Below, piece by piece: positions 14,760-27,596 of a stretch of 64,000 bases of DNA. Each line of letters begins with the position of its first letter. Position 1 is the first letter of the stretch. A program made the translations under genes and the position numbers. Source of the DNA: the human T2T-CHM13v2.0 reference genome, Homo sapiens; assembly GCF_009914755.1 (NCBI RefSeq), contig NC_060947.1; one strand, written 5' to 3'. The notes under the pieces were generated by a model, which worked only from the letters and a program-made list of their open reading frames with translations, made no database searches and was not told the origin of the DNA.

Positions 14760-16746
14760 GGAGTGGAAATACTAATTGCTGTTGGCTGGGGGTGAGTGTT
14801 GGAAAACAACTCTTCTGGCTGCTTCTTGCTAGAGAGGGATGTCGTGTCAGGAACAGCAGCTAGGGCGCCTCCTGGGGGCCAATCTAAGGGTCCTTGGAAA
14901 AAAGACATGTCTATGCTTGGTTCCATATGTAACACCATTTAGAGTTTAATAGCTTCCAGGTGAGAGAAAACAATTTGAGTTATAGTATTGAGTATACAAG
15001 TTCCAAATATTAGCTCAAAACACATGAGCAAACAATCTAATAAAGGAGATAACCATTTTCATAAAGAAGACTGGAATTTATTAAGGAGGGATGGTAGCCA
15101 CCTGGGACTGGAGCCCACATTTTCTCTTAACCTGTTAATGATTCTAATTTGATCTTTAAGCACCTGTAGCTTCTCTTCTATTTGACTAGAGGTGTTGATC
15201 CAGAAGCAACATGTTTTATTTAAAAGTGCACAAGTACCCCTACTTCAGTCGTAAGGACATCTAGGGCTTGTCTATTTTGTGCTACTACTGAGGCTAAAGA
15301 GCCTATGAATTGTTCTGCTTCTATGACTCCTATTGTTGCCTTCTACCCTCATTGCATCATAATAGAAATATTAAGTACTAATCTTTCAAGGAGAGGAATA
15401 CTAGCAAACCAGAATAGGCCTCTGGATATAGAATCCCCTATCCATGTTTTTTCTAAGATAGAGTTGTCATGTTCATATCCTCTCCAGTCTTCTCTTTCAG
15501 TTAAATCTCCATACAAGGTCATGGAAATGGTAGATCTTTTTGTTTGTTTTATCCAAGATAGTGCAGTCTCTAGAAAAGATCTTAGGTTAAGGATGTCTCC
15601 AGATAATGCTGCCATTTCAGTGAAATTTAAAAATAGTAGTTCGGGGACCACTGCTACTACAGTTCAGGTTTCCTTCCAGTGCATATGGAGAATTAAGTGT
15701 ATTTAGGAGCCACAGAGGAAATATGGCCCTGTTTTTTGAAAGGACCGTTCTAAGTTGTGGCTTATGAAAGACACAGGCAGATCTTTCTCATGTCTTAGAA
15801 GCTTTCTCTTTTTACACATAACAGGAGCATCTTTGGGATAGGGATACTCATATTCAGGATAGTCATTCGTGATGCTCTTTGGAATTTTACACACCAAATG
15901 AGAAGGGTCCATCTGTCAAATGAAGTTTTAAAAGATCAGGGGCACAATATGTCCTGGTCAATATCTTAGATAATCCTTGTGGCAAGAGCCATCGGTCCAG
16001 ATGCCCCCTGTTTGCCCACAGATTTGCATGCCGCTACTATCAGCAAGCCTCATACAAGGATCTGGAATTTCATGAGGGGGCATATTTCGGAAGGCTTATG
16101 TTTTTTTTTAATATCATAGTACCATGTGTCAAGGCAGTTACCTAGAGCCTGTAATTCCCACGGGGACTTCCAAGCAGGAGGAGAGGCCAGATTCTGGAAG
16201 CCCCTCCGCGTAGGGCTTCCATTTTCTTTTTTAGATCATCCCTATAGTGTTTTCTTTTCCATACCTCTGAGCTTTCACCAAATACAAATGTGATGTGTTA
16301 CAATGTTTGAGATATCCCAAGTATGGTTCCTTTCCCCTGCTCCTAAAGCAGAGGGAGGCATTTGCTATTACTCGGTCAACTTTTCCTAATCTGAGGATTT
16401 GAAGGTTATTTTTGAGGAGATTGTTTTCTGGCACCGGGGGAGGAGTGTTTTCCTGTGAGGAGTTAGTTACCCAGTTGAAAGTGCCCCCATACCATGTTTC
16501 ATTTATGCCTGAAAAGTATTTAATGGTTAAAGGTAAAGCTAACAAAAGGAATCCTAAGACAATAAGTTCTGGGTCATCAAGAGGTTCTTTGGTGTTATTG
16601 AACTGAGCAAACGGTTCAGGAAAAAGCCATCAATTAGTTTTACTGTATAAGTGGGCAATGGCTGATATTGTAGTAGCTAAACAATGTGACATATTACTAC
16701 ACTCAATAAAAAGTCCTAGCAGACTCAATGATAGTAAAACTTTCGT
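14760..16746 (-). pseudogene. env: ERV env pseudogene (signal peptide, SU, TM)
   Basis: Start ACG at 16746 then hydrophobic KVLLSLSLLGLFI; degraded CWLC (TN*WLF, 16621-16632); possible furin site QTKR; ISU-like AQNRQALDVL (~15253-15282); CX6CC CALLNKTCC (15206-15232); TM helix and tail EAIKL*MVLHMEP..GPLD; several stops and frameshifts. Confidence 0.9.
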
Positions 16747-17149
16747 CTTCACTTCTTTTCTTTAATTATTACCCATGCTATAAAGATAATAATTAAGCAA
16801 AATACTCTAGAGATTTTTTGTCCAATATTCCACTCTGGGAGTGCTACACTATATAGCCCTACCGCAAATAGTAGAGCGAGTATAGCAATTCCCACAAGTG
16901 TGGAATAGTAAATAATTTCCATCTAAAATTTTACTCATCAAGATGTAAAATTTTCCTTTGGGGGTCTATGAGGTTACAAATGTAATTCCATGGACAATCA
17001 AAATCTCCCTGCAAGTATGTTTCTAAAAGAAGTTCTAATATCTGATGGCGCACCTTGAGAGGAAAGGTAGAAATGACCGAAAGTATCTGCTAAGGTAGAG
17101 GTGGGACTAAGTAGGATGAGTAACACTCACTCATTTACTTATCCTTTAT

Positions 17150-18392
17150 AATTTTCAGCTTAAAATCCCCTATTTCTTTGCATTAATATTTGTGATGTTT
17201 CTGTAGGCTTTCAGGGGTTGCTCCCCCAGCTTTTCAGGCTTTGACTCAAGTGTGATGTATCCAGGTGTTGATTCCTGTAACTTTCACCACCGAGGCCTTC
17301 CCAATCTGGGCTAGTACTAGATCTCCTGGGTTGAATAAAGATAGATTTGGGTTGAATAAAGATAGTCCTATTTCTTGGGATTGGGCTTCTGTTAGTTGTG
17401 TTAATTTCTGTTGGAAGTGAGCTAGGGCAGCTACATTCTTAACCAATTCAGAAGCCTCTTGGTCCAATAGAAAATCACTGGTAAGAAAATACCATCCATC
17501 AGCATTTCAAAAGGTCTCAGACCTAACTTTGAAGGGGGATTTCTGACCTGTAATAAAGCCATGGGAAGAAGAGTGACCCAAGGAAGGTGAGTTCCTAGAG
17601 ACAGTTTTCTGAGGTGTCTTTTGATGATATTGTTTGTCTTCTCTACCTTTCGTGAGGACTGGGATCTCCAAGAACAATAGATATACTGTATTTATAGTGC
17701 CTTGAGACCCCCTGTGTGATGGCTGCCTTAAATAAGGGGACGTTGTAACTTGGAGGTACTTAGGTAGACCAAAGTGGGGAGATATTTTATTAATTAATAC
17801 TTGTATTACCTCAGAGGCCTTTTATATATGGCATAGAAATGCTTCTACCCAGTGGGTGAAAGTACCCATTACAGGAGGTACTGTGTGCCTTTGGTCTTTG
17901 GGATGTGGGTGAAGTCTATCTGCCAGTTTTCCCCTAGATAGCTTTTCATTTTGGGAGTTTGAAAAGGAAGAAGCTATCTGTTTAGGGGATTATTGTTAAG
18001 ACAGACTTCACAAGAATTAACAACCTGTTTGACTGTTTTTAACAAGTTCTCTCCTGAAAACAATCTTTGAGCACAGTGATAAGTTTATCCTTTTCCAAGT
18101 GAAAAGCTTGGTGAAGGATATTAAGGACTTTTCGCTGACTCGAGGCTGGCAACTGGAGTTTGTCATCCCCTGACTGTAGCCATTCTGAGTGCTGGAAACT
18201 GTACCTTCAAGAGGTGGCCCATTATATTTCTGCAGGGGAGCACTGAGGCTTAATTTCTCTTATGGAGACTTCCTAGATTAGAAGGGCTTCAAGTGTGTTG
18301 AGGCCCTGAGGCTTTCTTGTCAATGACTTAGATTTCTAATCAGCTAACTTGATTCCTTTGGCTATTTCATCTGTTCCCTTCTGATGTCCTTT
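17150..18392 (-). pseudogene. pol: ERV pol, RNase H end plus integrase, decayed
   Basis: HQKGTDEIAKG, WQIDFTHIP (~17905-17925), PQSSRKVE, KVTGINTWIHH; the GPY segment appears deleted. Confidence 0.88.
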
Positions 18393-19369
18393 TTTTTTCA
18401 TTACACTGTAAGTTCAATTCTGGGATACATGTGCAGAAATTTCAGGTTTGTTATGTAGGTATACACATGCCATGGTGGTTTGCTACGCCCATCAACTCGT
18501 CATCTACATTAGGTATTTCTTCTAATGCTGTCCCTCCCCTAGCCCCTCACTCCCTGAGAGGCAATAATGTGTAATGTTCCCCTCCCTGTGTCCATGTGTT
18601 CTAATTGTTCAATTCCCACTTATGAATAGGAACATGCAGTGTTTGTTTTTCTGTTCCTGTGTTAGTTTGCTGAGAATGATGGTTTCTAGTTTCATCCATG
18701 TCCCTGCAAAGGACATTAGCTCGTCATTTTTTTATGGCTGCATCGTATTGCATGGTGCATATGTGCCACATTTTCTTTATCCAGTCTATCATTGATGGGC
18801 ATTTGGGTTGGAACCAAGTCTTTGATGTTGTAAACAGTGCTGCAATAAACATATGTGTGCATGTGTCTTTATAGTAGAATAATTTACAAAAATTTGAGTA
18901 TATACCCAGTAATTGGATTGCTGGGTCAAATGGTATTTCTGGTTCTAGATCCTTGAGGAATTGCCACACTGTCTTCCACAAAGATTGAACTAATTTCCAC
19001 TCCCACCAACAGTGTAGAATTGTTCCTATTTCTCCAAATCTTCACCAGCATCTGTTGTTTCCTGATTTTTTTAATGATCACTATTCTAACTAGCGTGAGA
19101 TGATATCTCATTGTGGTTTTGATTTGCATTTCTCTAATGACCAGTGATAATGAGTCTTTTTTCATATGTTTGTTGGCCTCATAAATGTTTTCTTTTGAGA
19201 AGTGTCTGTTCATATCCTTTGCCCACTTTTTGATGGAGTTGTTTGTTTTCTTCTTGTAAATTTGTTTAAGTTCTTTGTAGATCCTGAATATTAGCCCTTT
19301 GTCAGATAGATAGATTGCAAAAATTTTCTCCCATTCTGTAGGTTGCCTGTTCACTCTGATGATAGTTTT

Positions 19370-19370
19370 T

Positions 19371-19402
<32 letters not shown>

Positions 19403-19406
19403 TTTT
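19370..19406 (+). repeat. (TTTA)n microsatellite within L1 ORF2
   Basis: Direct reading. Confidence 0.9.
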
Positions 19407-22400
19407 TGCAGAAGCTCTTTAGTTTAATTAGATTCCAACTGTCAATTTTGGCTTTTGTTACCATAGCTTCTGGTGTTTTAGTCATGAAGTCTTTGCCCAT
19501 GCCTATATCCTGAATGGTATTGCCTAAGTTTTCTTCTAGGATTTTTATAGATTTATGTCTTACATTTAAGTCTTTAATCCATCTTGAGTTAATTATTGTA
19601 TAAGGTGTAAGGAAGGGGTCCAGTTTTAGTTTTCTGCTTATGGCAAGTAAGTTTTTCCAACATCATTTATTAAATAGGGAATCCTTTCCTCATTGCTTGT
19701 TTTTGTCAGGTTTGTCAAAGATCAGATGGTTGTAGATGTGTGGCATTATTTCTGAGGCCTCTGTTCTGTTCCATTGATGTATATATCTGTTTTGGTAGCA
19801 GTACCATGATGTTTTGGTTACTGTAGGCTTGTAGTATTGTTTGAAGTCAGGTAGCATGATGCCTCTAGCTTTGTTCTTTTTGCTTAGGATTGTCTTGGCT
19901 ATACGGACCCTTTTTTGGTTCCATGTAAAATTTAAAGTAGTTTTTTTCTAATCCCTGTGAAGAAAATCAATGGTATCTTGATGGGAATATCATTGAATCC
20001 ATAAATTACTTTTGGCAATATGGCCATTTTCACAATAGTGATTGTTGCTATCCATGAGCATGGAATGTTTTTCCATTTGTTTGTGTCCTCTCTTATTTCC
20101 TTGAGTAGTAATTTGTAGTTCTTTTAAAGAGGTCCTTCATATCCCTTGTAAGTTTTATTCCTAGGTATTTTATTCTCTTTGTAGCAGTTGTGAATGGGAG
20201 TTCACTTATGATTTGGCCTTCTGTTTGTATATTATTGGTGTATAAGAATGCTTGTAATTTTTGCACATTGATTTTGTATCCTGAGACTTTGCTGAAGTTG
20301 CTGATAGGCTTAAGGAGATAGGGGGCAGAGGCGATTGGTTTTCTAAGTATACAATCATGTCATCTGCAAAAAGAGACAATTTGACTTTCTCTTTTTTTAA
20401 ACGAATACTTTTATTTCTTTCTCTTGCCATATTGCCCTAACCAGAACTTCCAATACTATGTTGAATAGGAGTGGTGAGAGAGGGAATCCTTGTCTGGTGC
20501 CGGTTTTTAAAGGGAATGCTTCCAGTTTTTGCCTATTCAGTATGATATTGGCTGCAGGCTTGTCATAAATAGCTCTTATTATTTTAAAATACGTTCGATC
20601 GATATCTAATTTATTAAGAGTTTTTAGCATGAAGGGGTATTGAATTATATCTAGTGTCTTTTCTGCATCTATTGACATACTCATGTGCTATTTGTCATTG
20701 GTTCTGTTTATGTGATGGATTATGTTTATTGATTTGCATATGTTGAACCAGTCTTTCATCCCAGGGATGAAACTGACTTGATCATGGTGGATAAGCTTTT
20801 TGATGCACTGCTGGACTCAGTTTGCCAGTATTTTTTTGAGGATGTTTGCATCAATGTTCATCAGGGATATTGGCGTAAAATTTTTGTTGCTGTTGTTGTG
20901 TCTCTTCCAGGTTTTGGTATCACGATGATGCTGGCCTCATAAAATGAGTTAAGGAGGAGTCCCTCTTTTTTATTGTTTGGAATAGTTTCAGAAGGAATGG
21001 TACCAGCTCCTCTTTGTACCTCCGCTAGAATTCGGCTGTGAATCTGTCTGATCTTGGGCTTTGTTTCGTTGGTAGGCTATTAATTCCTGCCTCAATTTCA
21101 GAACTCGTTATTCAAGGATTCAACTTCTTCCTGGTTTAGTTTTGGGAGGGTATATGTGTCCAGGAATTTATCAACTTCTTCTAGATTTTCTAGTTTATTT
21201 GCATATAGGTGTTTATAGTCTTCTGTGGTGGTAGTTTGTATTTCTGTGGGATCAGTGTGGATATCCCCTTTATCATTTTCTGTTGTGTCTATTTGATCTT
21301 CTCTATTTTCTTCTTTATATTCTGGCTAGTGGTCGATCTATTTTGTTAATTTTCTCAAAAAACCAGCTCCTGAATTCATTGATATTTTGAAGGATTTTGT
21401 GTCTCTATCTCCTTCAGTTATGCTCTGATCTTAGTTATTTCTTGTCTTTTGCTAGCTTTTGAATTTGTTCGCTCTTGCTTCTAGTTCTTTTAATCATGAT
21501 GTTAGGTTGTTAATTTTAGATACTTTCTGCTTTCTTTGGGCATTTACTGCTATAAATTTCCCTCTAAACATGCTTTCACTGTGTCCCAGAGATTCTGGTA
21601 TGTTGTGTCTTTGTTCTCATTGGTTTAAAAGAACTTATTTATTTCTGTCTTCATTTTGCTATTTACCAAGTAGTCCTTCAGGAGCAGGTTGTTCAGTTTC
21701 GATGTAGTTGTGCGGTTTTGAGAGAGTTTCTTAATCCTGAGTTATAATTTGATTGCACTGTGGTCTGAGAGACTGTTTGTTATGATTTTCATTCTTTTGC
21801 ATTTGCTGAGGGCTGTTTTACTTCCAATTATGTGGTCAGTTTTAGAATAAGTGTGATGTGGTGCTAAGAAGAATGTATATTCTGCTTATCTGGTATGGAG
21901 AGTTTTGTAGATGTCTATTAGGTCTGCTTTGTCCAGAGCTGAGTTCACGTCCTAAATATTGTTAATTTTCTGTCTCATTGATCTGTCTAATATTGACAGT
22001 GGGGTGTTAAACTCTTCCAGTATTATTGTGTGGGAGTCTAAGTCTTTTTGTAGGTCTCTAAGAACTTGCTTTATGAACCTGGGTGCTCTTGTATTGGGTA
22101 CATATATATTTAGGATAGTTAGCTCTTCTTGTTGCATTGATCTTTACCATTATGTAGTGCTCTTCTTTGTCTTTTTTGATCTTTGTTGGCTTAAAGTCTG
22201 TTTTATCAGAGACTAGGATTGCAACCCCTGCTTTTTTTTTTTTTTTTTTTTTTGCTTTCCATTTGCTTGTTATATATTCCTCCATCCTTCTATTTTGAGG
22301 CTATGGGTGTCTGTATCGAGATATTTGTCTCCTGAATACAGCACACAGATGGCTCTTGACTTTTTATCCAATTTACCCTCTTTGTCTTTTAATTGGAACA

Positions 22401-23556
22401 TTTAGCCAATTTACATTTAAAGTTAATATTGTTATGTGTAAATTTGATCCTGTCAATATGGTACTAGCTGGTTATATTTCCTGTTCATTGATTCAGTTTC
22501 TTCATAGTGTCAACAGTCTTTCCAATTTGGTATGCTTTTGAAGTGACTGGTATTGATTTTTCCTTTCCATATTTAGTTCTTCCTTCAGGAGCTCTTGTAA
22601 GGCAGGCCTGGTGGTGACAAAATCTCTCAGCATTTGATTTTCTGTTAAGGATTTTATTTCTCCCTCACTTATAAAGCTTAGTTTGGCTGGATATGAAATT
22701 CTAGGTTGAAAATTCATTTCTTTAAGAATGTTGAATATTGGCCCCCACTCTCTTCTGGCTTGCAGTGTTTCTGCAGAGAGATCCACTGTTAGTATGATGA
22801 GTTTCTCTTTGTTGGTAACCCAACCTTTCTCTCTGGCTGCCCTTAACATTTTTTCCTTCATTCAACCTTGGTGAATCTGATGATTATGTGTCTTGGGCTT
22901 GCTCTTCTACAGTAGTATCTTTGTGGCATTCTTTGTATTTCCTGAATTTGAATGTTGGCCTGTCTTCCTAAGTTGGGGAAGTTCTCTTGGATAATATCCT
23001 AAAGAGTGTCTTCTAACTTGGTTCTATTCTTCCTGTCACTTTCAGGTACACCAATCAAACGTAGGTTTGGTCTTTTCACATAACCCCATAATTCTTGGAG
23101 GCTTTGTTCATTTCTTTTTATCCTTCTTTCTCTAATCTTGTGTTCACACTTTATTTCATTAAGTTGATCTTAAATCTCTGATATCCTTTCTTTCACTTGT
23201 TCAATTCGGCATTTCTTATGTATGGCTCATGAATATTTTGTGCTGTGTTTTTCAGCTCCATCAGGTCATTTATGCTCTTCTCTGAACTGTTTATTCTAGT
23301 TAGCAGTTCCTGTAACCTTTTATTAAGGTTTTAGCTTCCTTGCATTGGGTTAGAACATGCTCCTTGAGCTCGGAGGAGTTTGTTATTACTCACCTTCTGA
23401 AGCCTATTTCTTTCAATTTGTCAAACTCATTCTCTGTCCAGTTTTGTTCCCCTGCTGGCAAAGAGTTGTGATCCTTTGGAGAAGAGTTGTTCTGGTTTTT
23501 GGAATTTTCAAACTTTTTGCACTGTTTTTTTTTTTTCATCTTCGTGGATTTCTCTA

Positions 23557-25355
23557 ATTTTTTTTTGAAAGGAAATAATAACTTTATTATCAAATTTGAG
23601 GACTATTGAGACTATGATAAAATTTTCTTCCTGCTGCTGCCTCATAATATTTCAAGAGACATATTCTTTTTTTATTATACTTTAAGTTTTAGGGTACATG
23701 TGCACATTGTGCAGGTTAGTTACATATGTATACATGTGCCATGCTGGTGCGCTGCACCCACTAACTCATCATCTAGCATTAGGTATATCTCCCAATGCTA
23801 TCCCTCTCCCCTCGCCTCAACCCACAACAGTCCCCAGAGTGTGATGTTCCCCTTCCTGTGTCCATGTGATCTCATTGTTCAATTCCCACCTATAAGTGAG
23901 AATATGCAGTGTTTGGTTTTTTGTTCTTGCGATAGTTTACTGAGAATGATGATTTCCAATTTCATCCATGTCCCTACAAAGGACATGAACTCATCATTTT
24001 TTATGGCTGCATAGTATTCCATGGTGTATATGTGCCACATTTTCTTAATCCAGTCTATCATTGTTGGACATTTGGGTTGGTTCCAAGTCTTTGCTATTGT
24101 GAATAATGCCGCAATAAACATACGTGTGCATGTGTCTTTATAGCAGCATGATTTATAGTCCTTTGGGTATTTACCCAGTAATGGGATGGCTGGGTCAAAT
24201 GGTATTTCTAGTTCTAGATCTCTGAGGAATCGTCAAACTGACTTCCACAATGGTTGAACTAGTTTACAGTCCCAACAACAGTGTAAAAGTGTTCCTATTT
24301 CTCCACATCCTCTCCAGCACCTGTTGTTTCCTGACTTTTTAATGATTGCCATTCTAACTGGTGTGAGATGGTATCTCATTGTGGTTTTGATTTGCATTTC
24401 TCTGATGGCCAGTGATAATGAGCATTTTTTCATGTGTTTTTTGGCTGCATAAATTAAAAGACACAGACTGGCAAATTGGATAAAGAGTCAAGACCCATCA
24501 GTGTGCTGTATTCAGGAAACCCATCTCACGTGCAGAGACACACATAGGCTCAAAATAAAAGGATGGAGGAAGATCTACCAAGCAAATGGAAAACAAAAAA
24601 AGGCAGGGGTTGCAATCCTAGTCTCTGATAAAACAGACTTTAAACCAACAAAGATCAAAAGAGACAAAGGCCATTACATAATGGTAAAGTGATCAATTCA
24701 ACTAGAAGAGCTAACTATCCTAAATATATATGCACCCAATACAGGAGCACCCAGATTCACAAAGCAAGTCCTGAGTGACCTAAAAAGAGACTTAGACTCC
24801 CACACATTAATAATGGGAGACTTTAACACCCCACTGTCAACATTAGACAGATCAACGAGACAGAAAGTCAACAAGGATACCCAGGAATTGAACTCAGCTC
24901 TGCACCAAGCGGACCTAATAGACATCTACAGAGCTCTCCACCCCAAATCAACAGAATATACATTTTTTCAGCACCACACCACACCTATTCCAAAATTGAC
25001 CGCATACTTGGAAGTAAAGCTCACCTCAGCAAATGTAAAAGATCAGAAATTATAAGAAACTATCTCTCAGACCACAGTGTAATCAAACTAGAACTCAGGA
25101 TTAAGAATCTCACTCAAAACCGCTCAACTACATGGAAACTGAGAAACCTGCTCCTGAATGACTACTGGGTACATAACAAAGTGAAGGCAGAAATAAAGAT
25201 GTTCTTTGAAACCAACGAGAACAAAGACACAACATACCAGAATCTCTGGGACACATTCAAAGCAGTGTGTAGAGGGAAATTTATAGCACTAAAAACCCAC
25301 AAGAGAAAGCAGGAAAGATCCAAAATTGACACCCTAACATCACAATTAAAAGAAC
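23557..25355 (-). mobile_element. L1PA2-like insertion with 5' inversion and 3' transduction: poly-T, 100-bp transduced DNA 23567-23666, L1 3' end 23667-24454 (-), inverted endonuclease segment 24452-25355 (+)
   Basis: TSD tggatttctctaattt (23545-23560) / tggatttatctacttt (25356-25371); diagnostics gtgcacattgtg, cccactaac, catgtgatctc; aat microhomology at the inversion. Confidence 0.93.
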
Positions 25356-27202
25356 TGGATTTATCTACTTTTGGTCTTTGATGTTGATGACCTTTGGATG
25401 GGGTTTCTGTGTGGCTGTCCTTTTTTTTTTTTTTTTTTTTTTTTTTTGATGTTGACTCTATTTCTTTCTGTTTGTTAGTTTTCCTTCTAACAGTCAGGTG
25501 TCTCTGCTGCAGGTCTGCTGGAGTTTGCTGGAGGTCCACTCCAGACCTTGTTTGCCTGGGTATCACCAGCAGAGGCTGCAGAAGAGCAAATATTGCTGCC
25601 TGTTGCTTTCTCTGGAAGTTTCATCCCAGAGGGGCACCTGCGAAATGTCAGCAGGAGCTCTTCTGTATGAGGTGTCTGTCGACCCCTGCAGGGAGGTGTC
25701 ACCCAATCAGGAGGCACGTGGGCCAGGTACCCATTTGAGGAGGCAGTCTGTCTCTTACCAGAGCTCAAGCGCTATGCTGGGAGATCCACTGCTCTCTTCA
25801 GAGCCAGCAGGCAGGAATGTTTAAGTCTACTGAAGCTGTACCCTCAGCCTCCCGTTCCCCCAGGTGCTCCTTCCCAGGGAGTTGGGAGTTTTATCTATAA
25901 GCACCTAACTGGGGCTGCTGCCTTTCTTTCAGATATACCCTGCCCAGAGAGGAGGGATCTAGAGAGGCAGTCTGGCTACAGCCTCTCTGCCGAGCTGCAG
26001 CGGGCTTCACCCTGTTTGAACTTCCTGGCAGCTTTGTTTACACTGTGAGGGGAAAACCACCTACTGAAGCCTCAGTAATGGCAGACTCTTCTGTCTCCAC
26101 CAAGCTTGAGCATCCCAGTTTGACTTCAGACACTTGTGCTGGCATCAAGAATTTCAAGCCAGTGGATCTTAGCTTTCTGGGCTCTGTGTGTGTGGGATCT
26201 GCTGAGCAATATCACTTGGCTCCCTGGCTTCAGCCCCCTTTCTAGGCTGGTGTTTCAGTCGCCACTGGGGTATGAAAAATAACTCCTGCAACTAGCTGGA
26301 TGTCTGCCCAAATGTTTACCCAGTTTTGTGCTTAAAACCCAGGGTCCTGGTGGCATACGCACCCAAGGGAATCTCCTGGTCTGAGGGTTGTAAAGACCAT
26401 GGGAAAAGCATAGTATCAGGGCCGGAGTGCACCATTCCTCACAGCACAGTCCCTCAGGGCTTCCCTTGGCTAGGGCAGAGAGTTTCTCCACCCCTTGCAC
26501 TTCCCAGGTGAGGTGATGCCCCACCCTGCTTCATCTCACCCTCAGTTTGCTGCACCCACTGTCTAGCCAGCTATCTCAGTTGGAAATGCAGTAATCACCC
26601 ACCTTCTGCCTTGATCTCACTGGGAGGCACAGACTGGAGTTTTTCCTATTCTACCATTTTGCCCGCCACCAGCTGATGTCCTTTACAATGCATCACGGCT
26701 ACCTCTCATGGAAGGAAAATTGAGGATACTAGCCTGTTAATTTCCTGATGGTATTTTATAGGGAATCCATTAGTGGTAAGAAAGTGTCTTTCCTTCCAAA
26801 TGGCAGCATGAGCATGAACTAAGAAAGAATACTTGGAGTCACTGTAAATGTTAGCTACCTTTCCTGTACTTATTTTAAGTTTAGTTGTAAGAGCTACCAG
26901 TTCAGCTAGTTCAGCACTTGTGCCTGAAAAGCGTGGTGCACTTTCAATAAAATTATTTAGAGTGCCTACTGCATATCCCACTTTATGGACTCCCTGCTCC
27001 ACAAAGGAGCTCCCATCCATGAAGAGGGTTCAGTCTAGATTTTCTAGGGAAGTTTCCCTGAGATCTTCCCTGGCTGCATATGTCTGTACTACAATTTATT
27101 CACAGTCATGTTCAGGGTTCCTAGTTTTCTTGGGGAGGAAATTTTCTGGGTTTCAGTGAGAGCAAGTTTTTAATTGGATTGTAGATCCCTCTAACAGCAC
27201 AG

Positions 27203-27204
<2 letters not shown>

Positions 27205-27237
<33 letters not shown>

Positions 27238-27243
27238 ACATAC

Positions 27244-27290
<47 letters not shown>
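27205..27290 (+). repeat. Compound (TA)n/(CA)n microsatellite derived from the Alu tail
   Basis: Direct reading; lies at the 3' end of the adjacent Alu. Confidence 0.9.
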
Positions 27291-27291
<1 letters not shown>

Positions 27292-27596
27292 TTGAGATGG
27301 AGTCTCGCTCTGTCACCCAGGCTGGAGTGCAGTGGCATGATCTCAGCTCACTGCAACCTCCATCTCCTGGGTTCAAGCAGTTCTCTGCCTGAGCCTCTCG
27401 AGTAGCTAGAATTGCAGGTGCCCACCACCATGTCTGGCTAATTTTCTTCTCTTTCTTTCTTTTTTTTTTTTTTTTTTTGGTAGAGACAGGGTTTCACCAT
27501 CTTGGCCAGACTGGTCTTGAACTCCTGACCTTGTGATCCATCAACCTCAGCCTCCCAAAGTGCTGAGATTACAGGCATGAGCCACTGTGCCAAGCC
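27291..27596 (-). mobile_element. Alu (AluSg-like) in ERV pol
   Basis: Dimeric Alu splitting the LLKYQA/LLEG pol sequence. Confidence 0.95.

Larger units (their letters stand above)
18393..26672 (-). mobile_element. Full-length L1 (L1PA7-like) inserted in ERV RNase H; hosts a younger L1 at 23557-25355
   Basis: Perfect 12-bp TSD ctgatgtccttt (18381-18392, 26673-26684); 5'UTR 25372-26672; ORF1 and ORF2 fragments; L1PA7-type 3'UTR gccatggtggtttgct. Confidence 0.95.

Noticed and set aside
14760-16746. env as a domesticated syncytin/HEMO-like gene
   Set aside because: ACG start, stop in the CWLC motif and several further stops and frameshifts
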